From contig CAWCAG010000006.1 in NCBI GenBank assembly GCA_963793425.1, forward strand, positions 1 to 64,000: a stretch of DNA of 64,000 bases, in the 5' to 3' direction. A model generated the notes under the pieces. It was not told where the DNA came from, made no database searches, and saw only the letters and a list, made by a program, of their open reading frames with translations. The DNA comes from an uncultured cyanobacterium (GTDB lineage: Bacteria > Cyanobacteriota > Cyanobacteriia > Cyanobacteriales > CAWCAG01). Position 1 is the stretch's first letter; every line of letters begins with the position of its first letter. Shown here piece after piece: positions 1 to 10,651 of this stretch. The position numbers and the translations under genes are program-made.

Positions 1-767
1 GAGGTTCGAGAGTTTCTGCTACTGCTGGTAAGGTGTATTTACTACCAAGCTGATAACCAGCAAAAGGAACATCACCTATTTGAAAACTCCAACCAAGCTT
101 TGTTTGTCTGGTTTGAATATCTTTCCGTGCCAAAAACTCCTTGACCTCCTCAACACAAGAAGATTGAACCGATAGCTTCATCAACAGCATCTTGTAGCTG
201 TCTTTTTAAACTAGGTTCAGGAGGCTCATCTCTAATACCATCTTCATATTCGTGTTGCTCTTTCTTAATGCGATGAACTTGCCCAGAGCATTCTTGAGAA
301 CGACCAACCTCGTTACTACTAGGCACTTGGTAGTAACCCATTTCTTGCTCAATAGTCCTTAAAGCATCCTGGCACTTACGATAGTCCCAAGAAGACTTAC
401 AACAATTGCCATCATCATCAACCCGACTAACTAGCAAGTGAACATGATTATCTTCATGAGTAGCTGCGATGAAAGGATGTTCTTTAAGCTCCATAAGTTC
501 GAGAAAGCGCTCACTAATCTCTGACCACTCTAAAGCACCAAGCTCTCCATCTTCTGGAGCGCAACGGATAGAAATATGATACAAAGGCTTTTTCACCCTA
601 TCGTTGAGACGAGCCACAGAACGTAGAGCAGAACTAACTTTACTAGAATCTCCTCGGAAGCCGCTAGGAATATTGGTTAGAACTACCTCTGCTTCAGAGC
701 GGTTGAGGACATAACCAACACTCCCGCTAAGACTATTAGTTTGAACTTTATTTAAGTGACTAATCAT
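1..767 (-). pseudogene. MOBP-type relaxase, frameshifted near 170 and running off the window start
   Basis: HUH relaxase motifs YHISI...HEDNHVHLLVSRV. After the stop at 150, another frame continues VQSSCVEEVKEFL...GWSFQIGDVPFAGYQLGSKYTLP, which resembles cyanobacterial relaxase C-terminal sequence. Confidence 0.8.
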
Positions 768-966
768 CGGCGGTGATAATTGAACGTATGATGGGGCAAA
801 ATGCTTATTCTCGTAGCTATTAGCTGTTAGCTGTTAGCTATTAGCTCAAGAGGGTTCAGTGTTCTGTCAAAGAAAAGAATCAGGATAGCTTTTGTGATTA
901 AAGGTCAATCTTTTACCCTTTACCCTTTACCCCTTACCCGTCAATTGAAAATTGACAGACCACTAG

Positions 967-1287
967 TTATTCCTGTTCTAGTTTTTCGATAGCATCGCTT
1001 AACTGATTAGCTAAAGACACCTGACCACTTTGGAGCAACTGAGAGTAAACCTGATTGACTTCTAATGTAGCAGCCCTTAAATTACGATTCATCTGAGCAG
1101 AAGAACTACCCTTAAGTTTTTTCAAAGCAGCTATAGAATCAAAACAAAGATGGCGAACCAAACTACTCACACTTTGATGAGTATCTCTGGCTAGATTAAC
1201 TAACTGTCCATACTCGCCTTGAGAAAGTCTAAGTGTGATAGAACGTGAACGAGACTTATCTGGGGAATGCTTCTTTGTGTCAGCCAT
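967..1287 (-). CDS. mobC: MobC-like ribbon-helix-helix relaxosome accessory protein
   Basis: N-terminus RSRSITLRLSQGEY...SVSSLVR fits an RHH fold; directly upstream of the relaxase. Confidence 0.7.
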   Translation of the reverse strand: MADTKKHSPDKSRSRSITLRLSQGEYGQLVNLARDTHQSVSSLVRHLCFDSIAALKKLKGSSSAQMNRNLRAATLEVNQVYSQLLQSGQVSLANQLSDAIEKLEQE

Positions 1288-1547
1288 ACAAAAAATAAAT
1301 TAACTGTAAACCTCAAAAAGAGTTCCAAATCGTATATGATGAAATAGAAGCAGACAAACTGAAAAAAACAATCGCTTCTGAATTAGTTTTCAAAAAGTTT
1401 GTCGGCCAATCAACAGAAGCAATCACTATTAACAAAAGAGGAAATACCTCAAAAAGAGCTTGTGAGACAAAAACATAGCTTGGTTTAAGAATGTATTATA
1501 CTACAAAAAAAGCTACTTAGACTAAGAAAGTGGCAAAAACCCAGAAA

Positions 1548-1748
1548 ATGTAACGGTTATGTCACTAACGAGTGCTTGTAATAGCAGTACCATGTAATTA
1601 CCATGTGACTTTTCCCCTTACAACTAGACAAAATGGGTCTTGTTTTGCTTATGTAGCATAAATGTAATATACCGAAATAGAGGAAAATGTAACTTTAGTG
1701 TTACGGTTGAGTACCTGAAATGTAATTACCATGTGACTATTATGTCAC
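1548..1748 (+). repeat. 11-bp-phased ATGT(A/G/C)A(C/A) iterons (parC- or operator-like)
   Basis: Copies at 1548/1559, 1592/1603, 1651/1662, 1687/1698 and 1720/1731/1742; TGTAATTACCATGTGACT occurs twice. Confidence 0.7.
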
Positions 1749-1781
1749 TGGTAAAAAGCCCGTTTTCGGTTAATAAAGAAA

Positions 1782-2267
1782 ATGAATCAGAAAAAAAATT
1801 CCCGAAAAGTTTTTCGATATACTTTAACTTCTGTCACAGGTGTTGACACAAAAAACAATACCTTGATCAATTATCTACAGAAAAGGTGGAGCAATAAGAA
1901 ACTTCGCAAAGAAGAAGTAACTAAAACTATTGAAGCGAGAATCATGGCCCTAGCTTTATTAGAGAAATATCAAGGAGATGATGAAGCTCTACAACAAAAC
2001 AAAGAGAAAATTCTGTTTGCAGCTATAGAATCAATCATGGGAATGAATGTCTTTATCATGGCGATTAAAGATGCCATTAAGAAAGATTTGGGTATCGAGA
2101 TTAGTGATTTGTTGCACCAAACAGATGTCTATGGTTTAGATTCTTCGGGTGAAGCTGATGAAAGTAATCATGATACTCAGCTAAGCAGTAGCAGTGAAGA
2201 TGATTCTAGAATAGAAAAAGCTTTTGAAGAATCTAAACGAGAAATGGAAATAATGTTTGGTGGTTGA
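1782..2267 (+). CDS. Hypothetical protein, possibly a ParR-like plasmid DNA-binding protein
   Basis: 161-aa ORF with basic N-terminus and acidic tail, directly downstream of the phased repeats. Confidence 0.45.
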   Translation: MNQKKNSRKVFRYTLTSVTGVDTKNNTLINYLQKRWSNKKLRKEEVTKTIEARIMALALLEKYQGDDEALQQNKEKILFAAIESIMGMNVFIMAIKDAIKKDLGIEISDLLHQTDVYGLDSSGEADESNHDTQLSSSSEDDSRIEKAFEESKREMEIMFGG

Positions 2268-2617
2268 GTAGGAAAATACAGGCAGTGGTTGCACCATAAG
2301 GATTTAAACTTTAGTGTAAGCTTGGCTATTAAACCAGATAACCAGATAGCCAAAGAACCAGATAACCAGATAAGCGATTTTATCGAATCCCCTGCTGTTC
2401 TCAGACTTATTCAGTAGATGCTGAATCTGTTGTTTGAGAAGTCTTTGACTTCTTTTGTTTAGTCTTCTTCTTTCTGAAGGGTTTAAGAAATTTGGGAATC
2501 TTCTTAGTTGGCTTCTCCAAAACTTCTTCAACCACATAGACACCATCGCGAAAACTAGCTCTAACTTGGACAAAGTACCTCTTCATCTTTGAGTTTTTAT
2601 CCTTTTGAGCCTCAAAC

Positions 2618-2953
2618 TTGAATGGTTCTACCGGAGCATCATCCCAAACTACAGGGAGATGGTTAGGTTTGAGCAAAGAGAGTTGTTGTGGTGTTGATAA
2701 TTTCTTAATCGTACCTAATACTCAAGTAGAACAAGAGCAGTGGGCCCCAGAAGGTTACTACTTCTATGGCGGTGAATTAATCAAGCACACTAAGCCAAAG
2801 CTGACACCTACGCAACAGCTAGAGCTTTTGGATACTCACCCTTTTTTCACTCATCACTGTCCAGAATGTGGCTATCACTTCGACCCCAAGAATCCTCCGG
2901 CAGTACACTGGGATTGTCCAGAATGTGGTTGGGTCGATGATACGGTTGTGTGA
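2618..2953 (+). CDS. Small zinc-ribbon hypothetical protein (start uncertain)
   Basis: Two CPECG motifs at the C-terminus. Confidence 0.4.
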   Translation: MNGSTGASSQTTGRWLGLSKESCCGVDNFLIVPNTQVEQEQWAPEGYYFYGGELIKHTKPKLTPTQQLELLDTHPFFTHHCPECGYHFDPKNPPAVHWDCPECGWVDDTVV

Positions 2954-3111
2954 AGCCTTGAGGCGTTGGAAAGAGCGATCGCTCTTCAATCAGTTTTATC
3001 GGAGATATTAGGTGTAGCCACCGCCGCGATCGCGCTTAGGCTCAATACATTAGTTCCTGTCGTGAGAGACAGATGGCCCAAGTTACCCGCCAATTGAAAA
3101 TTGATAGACTA

Positions 3112-3471
3112 CTAGTCATTATCGGGAAAAGTACATTTGACCTCGATAGCAACATTACTTTCAGCTGAACCTTCAGTGATGTAAGGAATACCAGCTTTAC
3201 CACCCACTTTCAGACTAAAAGAAATTTTAACTTCCTCAACATTTGCAGCACTAAAGTTTCTAAAGGCACTAACCACATAAGCTGTGTAACCTCGAATCAT
3301 CTTGGCAGCTTTTTTCATTTCAACAGTTCTACTGTTTCCCCCTCGGCCTGGGCGACCATCACCCTCATCATCTTTAGGAAAATCTACTGACTTAGTTTCA
3401 ATGAAAATTTCGTACTCTTCACCATTATCATCGGTGTAGGTCAGCTTTTGAATTTGGGAAGATTCAGACAT
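3112..3471 (-). CDS. Trypco/CU044_2847-like peptidase-co-occurring protein
   Basis: VEEVKISFSLKVGGKAGIPYITEGSAESNVAIEVKC signature; divergent from a caspase gene. Confidence 0.7.
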   Translation of the reverse strand: MSESSQIQKLTYTDDNGEEYEIFIETKSVDFPKDDEGDGRPGRGGNSRTVEMKKAAKMIRGYTAYVVSAFRNFSAANVEEVKISFSLKVGGKAGIPYITEGSAESNVAIEVKCTFPDND

Positions 3472-3551
3472 AATTAAAACTCTCCTGACAAGAGTAATGA
3501 CTTGTTTGCTAAGATTTTACAATCTATTGTTATAAAAGCTATTGCTCCCAA

Positions 3552-5114
3552 ATGGCTAAACGCTATGCTTTAGTAGTCGCGATTTCACAGTATAAACACT
3601 TACGCTCTCTGGAGAATGTGATCAGAGATGGAGAAGCTATTGTCCAGAAACTAGAAGAGCATAGTTTTGAAGTAACAAAATATCCTTGCAAGTGGATTGA
3701 AGACGAATATTCTTACAAGCTCAAGTCATCTTCAGTCAAGGCGGACGATTTATTTAAAGAAATTAAAACATTTCTTCTCAAAACTGCTCAACACAGTGAC
3801 GCTTTAATCTACTTAGCTGGTCATGGTTTGAGATTAGAGCGCTTTTCCTCTGAGAAAGGTTACTTTGCAGATTCTAATAACGATACAGATGCTGAAAATG
3901 CCATACCTTTTACAGACCTCAATACTCTTTTTGCCCAAGCTCGTAGTGAAGCTCATTTAAGCAGTTTGGTAGTTTTGCTAGATTGCTGTCACGCAGGTCT
4001 GGCTTCTGAGGGAGCCGTCGAAAGAGAAATATTCCAATCTAGTTTTACAGCCTTTCAGAACCAACCTAGCTACGGAATGTTAGCATCTTGCCGTGGTCAT
4101 CAAGAGTCTTATGAATTAGGAGAACATGGCTTATTTACGAGCAAAGTACTTGAAGGCTTAGAACAAGGGAATGCTGATGAGAACGGTGTAATTTCCTTTA
4201 ATCGCCTTGCTGATTATGTCTACCTGAATCTGCAACATATGGGTCAAGAGTCGGTTGACTTAGCTTTTAATGGTTCAGCAATTCAATTGGTAAGTTACTC
4301 AGAGAATTCAATCTCAGAAACAACAGGAGTAGCTCAAAATAATTTTATCCAAGCTCTACAAGAATTAAATTATACAAACGAAGATAGATTATTTACAGAT
4401 TTCCTTGAGGTAGAGTCGCCAGCCTTGCCAGTAGGTGCGTTTTGGATACGTAGCGAAGAGGGTGGTGGTCAGCGCTGGTTAATAAACCGCCTCTGGCAAA
4501 AGAAAGTCCCTTGCTTCCCTCAAGCCATCAAATATCCCTTTTTCATTAATAAAAGGTGGACAATCGAAACAATTTGGGAAAAAGTAGGAGCTACTTTAGG
4601 AGTAGGGACTCAACCAGGAGAGATTGTCGAAGAACTATATCAATTTTGGGTTAAACCCAATACGGTAGCCCTAGCCTTGTACGGAGTAGAACGTTTGACA
4701 AAGGCTGATTTAGAAGAGCTATTTGTCTCCTTTTGGCGACCCTTAACCCAAAAAGCTGCTCAGCAAACGAATTCTGATTTACCTTTACTACTATTTTTAA
4801 TTGATACTGGCATCAAAGATAACTGCGATTGTTGTTTAGAACATCTCCAAGAATATGACTGCTTGCGCCCTTGGCTACCCGTTGAATTCCCTTTAGAGCC
4901 TTTTAAGAGAAAAAGCTTAATTAATTGGGCTAACAATCACCACCAAATAATTCAACCTCTGTTAAGAAATTGCTCATCGATGCAAGAATTTAATCAGGAA
5001 CTCGAAATTTGCAACTGTCGGGAGGATTTATGTCTAGAAGAAATACTAGGAGAAATTTGCCAACTTTGTGGCCATGACTGGAAGGAGCATCTTGAAAGGA
5101 CTTTCACCATTTAA
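3552..5114 (+). CDS. Caspase (peptidase C14) fused to an inactive STAND (iSTAND) domain
   Basis: YLAGHG and LLDCCHAG catalytic dyad; C-terminal degenerate P-loop (AFWIRSEEGGGQRWLINRL); upstream of MoxR. Confidence 0.8.
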   Translation: MAKRYALVVAISQYKHLRSLENVIRDGEAIVQKLEEHSFEVTKYPCKWIEDEYSYKLKSSSVKADDLFKEIKTFLLKTAQHSDALIYLAGHGLRLERFSSEKGYFADSNNDTDAENAIPFTDLNTLFAQARSEAHLSSLVVLLDCCHAGLASEGAVEREIFQSSFTAFQNQPSYGMLASCRGHQESYELGEHGLFTSKVLEGLEQGNADENGVISFNRLADYVYLNLQHMGQESVDLAFNGSAIQLVSYSENSISETTGVAQNNFIQALQELNYTNEDRLFTDFLEVESPALPVGAFWIRSEEGGGQRWLINRLWQKKVPCFPQAIKYPFFINKRWTIETIWEKVGATLGVGTQPGEIVEELYQFWVKPNTVALALYGVERLTKADLEELFVSFWRPLTQKAAQQTNSDLPLLLFLIDTGIKDNCDCCLEHLQEYDCLRPWLPVEFPLEPFKRKSLINWANNHHQIIQPLLRNCSSMQEFNQELEICNCREDLCLEEILGEICQLCGHDWKEHLERTFTI

Positions 5115-5119
5115 GGATT

Positions 5120-6103
5120 ATGACAGGTAAACTAAACTATTCTGGACATCCCAAATATCAACCCCAAAAACCTGGTTTAGATAACCAGGGAAGACGTTTA
5201 TTTCCCTATTTACCAGACCCAAATATAGTTAAAGCAGTCAATCTAGCCATAGCCCTAGAGCGTCCCCTGCTCATACAAGGTGAACCAGGTTGTGGTAAAA
5301 CTCTCATTGCTAGAGCTATCGCATATGAATTTGGTCAAAAGTATCTTCAAGGTAAAGACGAATGGCCCTATTTCCGTTGGAATGTTACCTCCCGCACTGA
5401 AGCCCAACAAGGGTGCTACACTTTCGACGCTTTAGGTAAACTGCGAGATGCTCAGATGGTGGGTATAGAATCACTTACTCCGCAACAAAGAGAAGCTTTA
5501 AATCTAAGGTTAGCAGACCCTGAAGGTTACATATCTTGGGGGCCATTAGGTCAAGCTTTTCGTGAACAAAATCATCGTCCTGTACTGCTAATAGATGAAA
5601 TAGATAAAGCTGATGTAGACTTCCCCAACGACTTACTCTCAGAACTAGAAGAACCACGCTTTAGGGTTGTTGAAACTCAAAAGCCGGTTATTGCCAAGCA
5701 ACGGCCCATCGTTATTATCACCAGTAACTCAGAAAGAGAACTTCCCGAAGCCTTTTTAAGACGCTGCTTATTTTATTGGCTGGAGTTTCCTAAAGAAACA
5801 AGGCTGCGGGAAATAGTCTCTTTACACTTTCCTGAGTATGAACTAGCCAAACTATTTGACCAAGCTATCTCTCAATTTTTCAAAGTTCGCAATAAACTTG
5901 CGACTAGAAGAAGTGGTAATAAGCAGGCTAGCACCAGTGAACTACTTGATTGGCTAAGGATTATGACTAACTTACCTGCTGAAGAGGCTTTAACAGCAGT
6001 AGAAAATGTTTTTAACGATCCTGCTCAGCTCGGTATTTTAGTTAAATCTAAAGCAGATTTAGAAGCAATCAAAAGAGATATTGGCGAGGTCAATAATAAA
6101 TAG
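5120..6103 (+). CDS. MoxR family AAA+ ATPase
   Basis: GEPGCGKT, LLIDEIDKAD, TSNSERELPEAFLRRC. Confidence 0.92.
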   Translation: MTGKLNYSGHPKYQPQKPGLDNQGRRLFPYLPDPNIVKAVNLAIALERPLLIQGEPGCGKTLIARAIAYEFGQKYLQGKDEWPYFRWNVTSRTEAQQGCYTFDALGKLRDAQMVGIESLTPQQREALNLRLADPEGYISWGPLGQAFREQNHRPVLLIDEIDKADVDFPNDLLSELEEPRFRVVETQKPVIAKQRPIVIITSNSERELPEAFLRRCLFYWLEFPKETRLREIVSLHFPEYELAKLFDQAISQFFKVRNKLATRRSGNKQASTSELLDWLRIMTNLPAEEALTAVENVFNDPAQLGILVKSKADLEAIKRDIGEVNNK

Positions 6104-6106
6104 AAA

Positions 6107-7162
6107 ATGGTGAGTCTACCTACCCTACCCTTGTTTGAATTATTCCAAGAGTTGCGTGTACCTCTTTCCCTGCAACCAGAGCAGTATGTCTGGCTTTTGG
6201 AAGGGCTGAAACAGGGTTTTGGCTGTGAAAGTATAGATGATTTGAAAGAAGTTTGTCGTCTCCTCTGGCTGAAGTCAAGAGACTCTCAAGCTGAAGAAGC
6301 ATTTGAAACTACCTTCAATCGCTACATCGAAAAACATCAACAAACGCCTCAATCAGTAACAAAATCTTCATTAGCGAGAAAAGAAACTGCAAGTTACCCA
6401 ACAAGCCTACAAAATCAATATCCAACTTACCAACCAGCTACTAATCAAACAACATCATCTCAAAGCACTAGCTCCAACCTGCGTTTAACTAGTGCTTATC
6501 AAACAACTCAAGAAATGGAAGTCACTCAATCTCAGCAAGGCTATATTCTCAAAGTTAGTGATTTCCCCTTTTTATTACGCCAAACACGCCATGCTTGGTT
6601 ACGTCTGCGTTATCCTCAAAAAAGAGGAGAGACTTCTCAGATTGATATACCAGCAACAATAAAAAAAATTGGTCGTTATGGTATTTGTTTGGAGCCAGAA
6701 ACAAAACCACAACTGATTAATCAAATCGAGTTGGTCTTTTTAGAAGACAGAGAAGGTTCAATGATCCCTTTTCGTCCTATGATTGATGGTTTATTTACCA
6801 CTGTAGAAAAGAACCGATTTCAGGGAGTTTATCGTTACTTTTTCCGTAACTGTCCTGGTGATTTCGTCTATTTACGACCCAAAGGAGCGGATACTATTCT
6901 TTTAGAGGACTTACCCCTAAAAACACAAAGAACTATTTTAGTAATTATTAGTGATGCTGGTGCTGCTAGAGGAGGTCATAGTTTCCGTAGAATTGAAATG
7001 ACAGAAAAATTTTTGAGTGCAGTACAACCAAGAATAAAATCTTTACTGTGGATTAATCCCTTACCTTACAAAAGATGGACAGGAACAACCGCAGCAGATA
7101 TAGCTGGTTTGATGGGAGTCAAGATGTTTGAATTGTCTGCTATCAGTGAATGTTTGTCATGA
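6107..7162 (+). CDS. vWA (CoxE-like) partner of MoxR
   Basis: DIPATI, LEDREGSMIPF (MIDAS-like), IISDAGAARG, WINPLP. Confidence 0.85.
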   Translation: MVSLPTLPLFELFQELRVPLSLQPEQYVWLLEGLKQGFGCESIDDLKEVCRLLWLKSRDSQAEEAFETTFNRYIEKHQQTPQSVTKSSLARKETASYPTSLQNQYPTYQPATNQTTSSQSTSSNLRLTSAYQTTQEMEVTQSQQGYILKVSDFPFLLRQTRHAWLRLRYPQKRGETSQIDIPATIKKIGRYGICLEPETKPQLINQIELVFLEDREGSMIPFRPMIDGLFTTVEKNRFQGVYRYFFRNCPGDFVYLRPKGADTILLEDLPLKTQRTILVIISDAGAARGGHSFRRIEMTEKFLSAVQPRIKSLLWINPLPYKRWTGTTAADIAGLMGVKMFELSAISECLS

Positions 7163-8814
7163 ATTTAGCTAAGGAAAGGGAGAAAGCCAAAGATGAGGTA
7201 ATACGCTTTACCCAAAAGTGGGGAAGAGATTACCTTGATTTAGCTTGTCACGCTGCCTTTCCTTTAGCCATAACCCCAGAGTTGGCTTATTGTCTGCGAG
7301 AGAATTTCCTGCCTGAGTGTCCTTGGTTTGCTGTTGCCGACTTGATTTTGTCTTCCCTTTGTGACCCAGTAGGAGATGAACTATATGAGATGGATAGTGT
7401 AGTACGGGATGTTTTGCTACGCCGTCTAACGAAAGATGCGCGATTCGGGGCAGCTCGCCTTGAGAGTATGGGAAAATTTATGGGGGCTTACATCCGAGCA
7501 AAGCTACCAACAAATTCCCTAGCAGGACGTGATTTTGGTGTTGGTTTAGAATGGGTGGCTCTGGCATATATTCATAGTGAAGATGCTAATTTATTGCGAG
7601 AAAAAATTCAGCAAGAATTGCAAAGAGGACGAGGAAAAGTAAGAGAGCGCTTAGCTAGCTTTCTAGATGCTCAAGAAGATTTACTAATTGCTGCTGGTTT
7701 GGAACCATTGCTCGTTTCTACTCAAACTCAATTAGATATTGGTGTAGTCTTAGAAACTTTTGAAGCAGAAATCGTTAGCATTACTTCTGAAGAAGAGACT
7801 CAAACTGAGGAAGAGTATGCCAGTTGGGAATTTGAAACAGTTTTTGTCAATGAGCGAGGAGAAATTACTGAAACTCAGCAGCGCCAAGCTTACTACTTTG
7901 AGGAGCTTTTAGCAGAGAATGTACCTCCTTTGGTAATGGTAGCTATACCTGAAGGGGAGTTTATGATGGGTTCTCCTCTGGAAGAAAAAGATAGATACGA
8001 TGACGAAGGGCCGCAGCATTCTGTTGAAGTTAAACCTTTTTTTATGGCTCAAACTCCCATTACTCAAAAGCAATGGCGTGTTGTGTCTGCAATGGAACAG
8101 GTAGGAAAAGAGTTAGATCCTAATCCTTCCAACTTTGAAAGTGATGACTGCCCTGTAGAGCGAGTAAGTTGGTATGATGCTATAGAATTTTGCGCTCGGT
8201 TGTCACGTTACACAGGTAAAGATTATCGCCTGCCTAGTGAAGCTGAGTGGGAATATGCTTGTAGAGCAGTTAGTAATCAGTTACCAAAAGAAGGTGAATC
8301 ACCATGGCTTACTGAGCAAGGGGAACCATTTCTCACGGAACAGGGTGAACAATGGCTAATTGAAGAAGAAAATTCTTATCCTCCTTTTCATTTTGGTGAG
8401 ACTCTTACAACCGATTTAGCTAACTATAACGGTTCAGTGTATAAGAATGAGCCTGAAGGGAAAAGCCGAGGTCAAACTAGCTCAGTTAAGATTTTTCCAC
8501 CTAATGCCTTCGGTTTATATGATATGCACGGGTTAGTTTGGGAGTGGTGTTTAGATCCTTTGCATGAGAGCTATGAAAATGCACGAGCAGATAGTAAGGT
8601 GTGGGATGAAAAGCATAATGATAATCATTATCAAAAGATAATAGATAATATTGAAGTTTTGTTAAGTGATAATCGCCGTCGTGTTTTGCGCGGCGGTTCC
8701 TGGTTTGACTTTCCGAGGCTCTGTCGCTCTGCTTATCGCAACGACCTCAATCCCGTTATTCGTGGCTTCGACTACGGTTTTCGTGTTGTCTGCGGTGCTG
8801 CGAGGACTCTTTAG
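7150..8814 (+). CDS. DGR target 1: vWA-system-associated N-terminal domain plus FGE-sulfatase/CLec domain
   Basis: FMMGS, RLPSEAEWEYACRA, NAFGLYDMHG, RVLRGGSW...GFRVV; the 3' end is a VR. Confidence 0.9.
   Translation: MFVMNLAKEREKAKDEVIRFTQKWGRDYLDLACHAAFPLAITPELAYCLRENFLPECPWFAVADLILSSLCDPVGDELYEMDSVVRDVLLRRLTKDARFGAARLESMGKFMGAYIRAKLPTNSLAGRDFGVGLEWVALAYIHSEDANLLREKIQQELQRGRGKVRERLASFLDAQEDLLIAAGLEPLLVSTQTQLDIGVVLETFEAEIVSITSEEETQTEEEYASWEFETVFVNERGEITETQQRQAYYFEELLAENVPPLVMVAIPEGEFMMGSPLEEKDRYDDEGPQHSVEVKPFFMAQTPITQKQWRVVSAMEQVGKELDPNPSNFESDDCPVERVSWYDAIEFCARLSRYTGKDYRLPSEAEWEYACRAVSNQLPKEGESPWLTEQGEPFLTEQGEQWLIEEENSYPPFHFGETLTTDLANYNGSVYKNEPEGKSRGQTSSVKIFPPNAFGLYDMHGLVWEWCLDPLHESYENARADSKVWDEKHNDNHYQKIIDNIEVLLSDNRRRVLRGGSWFDFPRLCRSAYRNDLNPVIRGFDYGFRVVCGAARTL
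8691..8814 (+). repeat. DGR variable region VR1 (with IMH)
   Basis: Colinear with TR 10400-10520; 17 internal mismatches, all at TR adenines. Confidence 0.95.
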
Positions 8815-8934
8815 CCCTTTGCTCTCTTGCCCTTTTGCTCTTTTAAATTTTTTGGAAATATTAAGGATTTTTGCAAAATATAGATAATGAGTTGATAAAT
8901 TGGTAAGACTAATTGCTGTAGATTTTGATTTACT

Positions 8935-9282
8935 TTGAGAGTGAATGAGTTACCAATTATTCAAAAAACCTATGATTTAATCAAATGGTATGTTCCTATT
9001 ATCAACCGCTTACCTCGTAGTCATCGTTTTGCTTTAGGAGAGCGTATTACTAATAACCTTTACGATTTATTAGAAAATTTACTTCGCGCTCGTTATCTCA
9101 AGGAAAACAAATTACAATCTCTTGGTAATCTTAATACTCAAATAGATATCCTACGTTATCAAACCCGCTTGTTATATGACTTTAGCCTAATTTCTGAGCG
9201 TCGCTACGGTTATGTTAATCAACAAATCGATAGTATTGGTAAAGATTTAGGTGGCTGGATTAGGTCTTTGAAAAAATTATGA
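8935..9282 (+). CDS. avd: DGR accessory variability determinant Avd
   Basis: [17 protein letters not shown]...RFALGERI...IGKDLGGW four-helix-bundle signature; overlaps the RT start. Confidence 0.92.
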   Translation: MRVNELPIIQKTYDLIKWYVPIINRLPRSHRFALGERITNNLYDLLENLLRARYLKENKLQSLGNLNTQIDILRYQTRLLYDFSLISERRYGYVNQQIDSIGKDLGGWIRSLKKL

Positions 9283-10337
9283 AACGCTACGGTAATCTCT
9301 GGTTACAAATCACTGCCTGGGAAAATTTACTTTTAGCCTCACGTCACGCTCAAAAAGGCAAGCGCTTTCGAGATAATGTCTTAGCTTTTAACTACAACCT
9401 GGAAAAAGAGTTGCTGCAATTACAAAAAGAATTACAGGAGAAAACCTATCTACCAGGTCAATACAAAACCTTCAGAATTTTTGAGCCAAAACCGCGTTTA
9501 ATTTCCGCAGCACCTTATCGAGATAGAGTAGTTCACCACACTTTTTGCAATATCGCTGCTCCTCTCATTGAAAAATCTTTCATTCCCGACAGTTATGCTA
9601 ATCGTCAGGGCTATGGAACGCATAGAGCTTTGAAGCGTTTCGTTAAGTTTGCTCGTTCTAGCCGCTATGTTTTGCAGTGTGACATTTGTAAATACTTTCC
9701 TAGCCTTGACCATGAAATTCTCAAAAGAATGCTCAGAGGCAAGATTAAATGCCAAGAGACACTCTGGTTAATTGAGCTAATTATTGATAGTAGTAATGCT
9801 CAGGAAGCAGTTATTGATTATTTTCCTGGAGATGATCTGTTGACTCCTGTTATGAGACGTAAAGGTTTACCAATCGGCAATTTAACTAGCCAGTTTCTTG
9901 CTAACTTTTACCTTGATAAGTTTGACCATTTTATCAAACACGAACTTAAAGTGAAAAAATACTTACGCTATGTAGATGACTTTGCCTTATTCAGTGATGA
10001 TATAGAATTTTTGCGACAAGCTCGTTACGCCCTAGAAGACTATTTGACTACCATTCGCTTAAAAATACATCCTGTCAAAAGTCAGTTATTTGCTACTGAA
10101 TATGGAGCAAATTTCTTGGGATTTCGTATTTTTCCTGAGCGAATCAGAGTTCGCAACGATAACCTTCGTAAAGCTAGGCGCAGACTTAAAAAACTACAGC
10201 GAAGCTATGCTCAAGGACAAGTTGATTTAGAAAAGCTTTGCCAAAGTCTCCAGAGTTGGGAAGCTCATTTGAAATATGGGGATACTTACCAGCTACGAAA
10301 AGACATATTCAACCACTACAGTTTTTCTCGCCAGTAG
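9279..10337 (+). CDS. DGR reverse transcriptase
   Basis: [35 protein letters not shown]; flanked by avd and TR. Confidence 0.95.
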   Translation: MKRYGNLWLQITAWENLLLASRHAQKGKRFRDNVLAFNYNLEKELLQLQKELQEKTYLPGQYKTFRIFEPKPRLISAAPYRDRVVHHTFCNIAAPLIEKSFIPDSYANRQGYGTHRALKRFVKFARSSRYVLQCDICKYFPSLDHEILKRMLRGKIKCQETLWLIELIIDSSNAQEAVIDYFPGDDLLTPVMRRKGLPIGNLTSQFLANFYLDKFDHFIKHELKVKKYLRYVDDFALFSDDIEFLRQARYALEDYLTTIRLKIHPVKSQLFATEYGANFLGFRIFPERIRVRNDNLRKARRRLKKLQRSYAQGQVDLEKLCQSLQSWEAHLKYGDTYQLRKDIFNHYSFSRQ

Positions 10338-10399
10338 TTGATAGTTAAGAAATGTGGAGTTTTACTTTATGCTGTATTCGGGACAGGCAAGGCAAAAGA

Positions 10400-10520
10400 C
10401 GGCGGTTCCTGGAATAACAATCCGAGGAACTGTCGCTCTGCTTATCGCAACAACAACAATCCCGATAATCGTAACAACAACTACGGTTTTCGTGTTGTCT
10501 GCGGTGCTGCGAGTACTCTT
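10400..10520 (+). ncRNA. DGR template repeat (TR)
   Basis: AAC/AAT-rich copy of both VRs; 3' end differs from the VRs (GCGAGTACTCTTTCG vs GCGAGGACTCTTTAG), as expected for IMH*. Confidence 0.95.
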
Positions 10521-10651
10521 TCGTGCCAGAGCTGGCAAATGGGAATTTGTTGGGCGTGCCAAGAAAGAGTCCAGACCTGTTCCGGCGATGCTATAAGCAT
10601 CCGAAAATAAACCGGAGTCAAGTATGCTAGTAAGTAAAGCTGAAAGTTTAC

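Noticed and set aside
10338..10610. 90-aa ORF with [19 protein letters not shown]
   Set aside because: It is the translation of the DGR template repeat, not a third target
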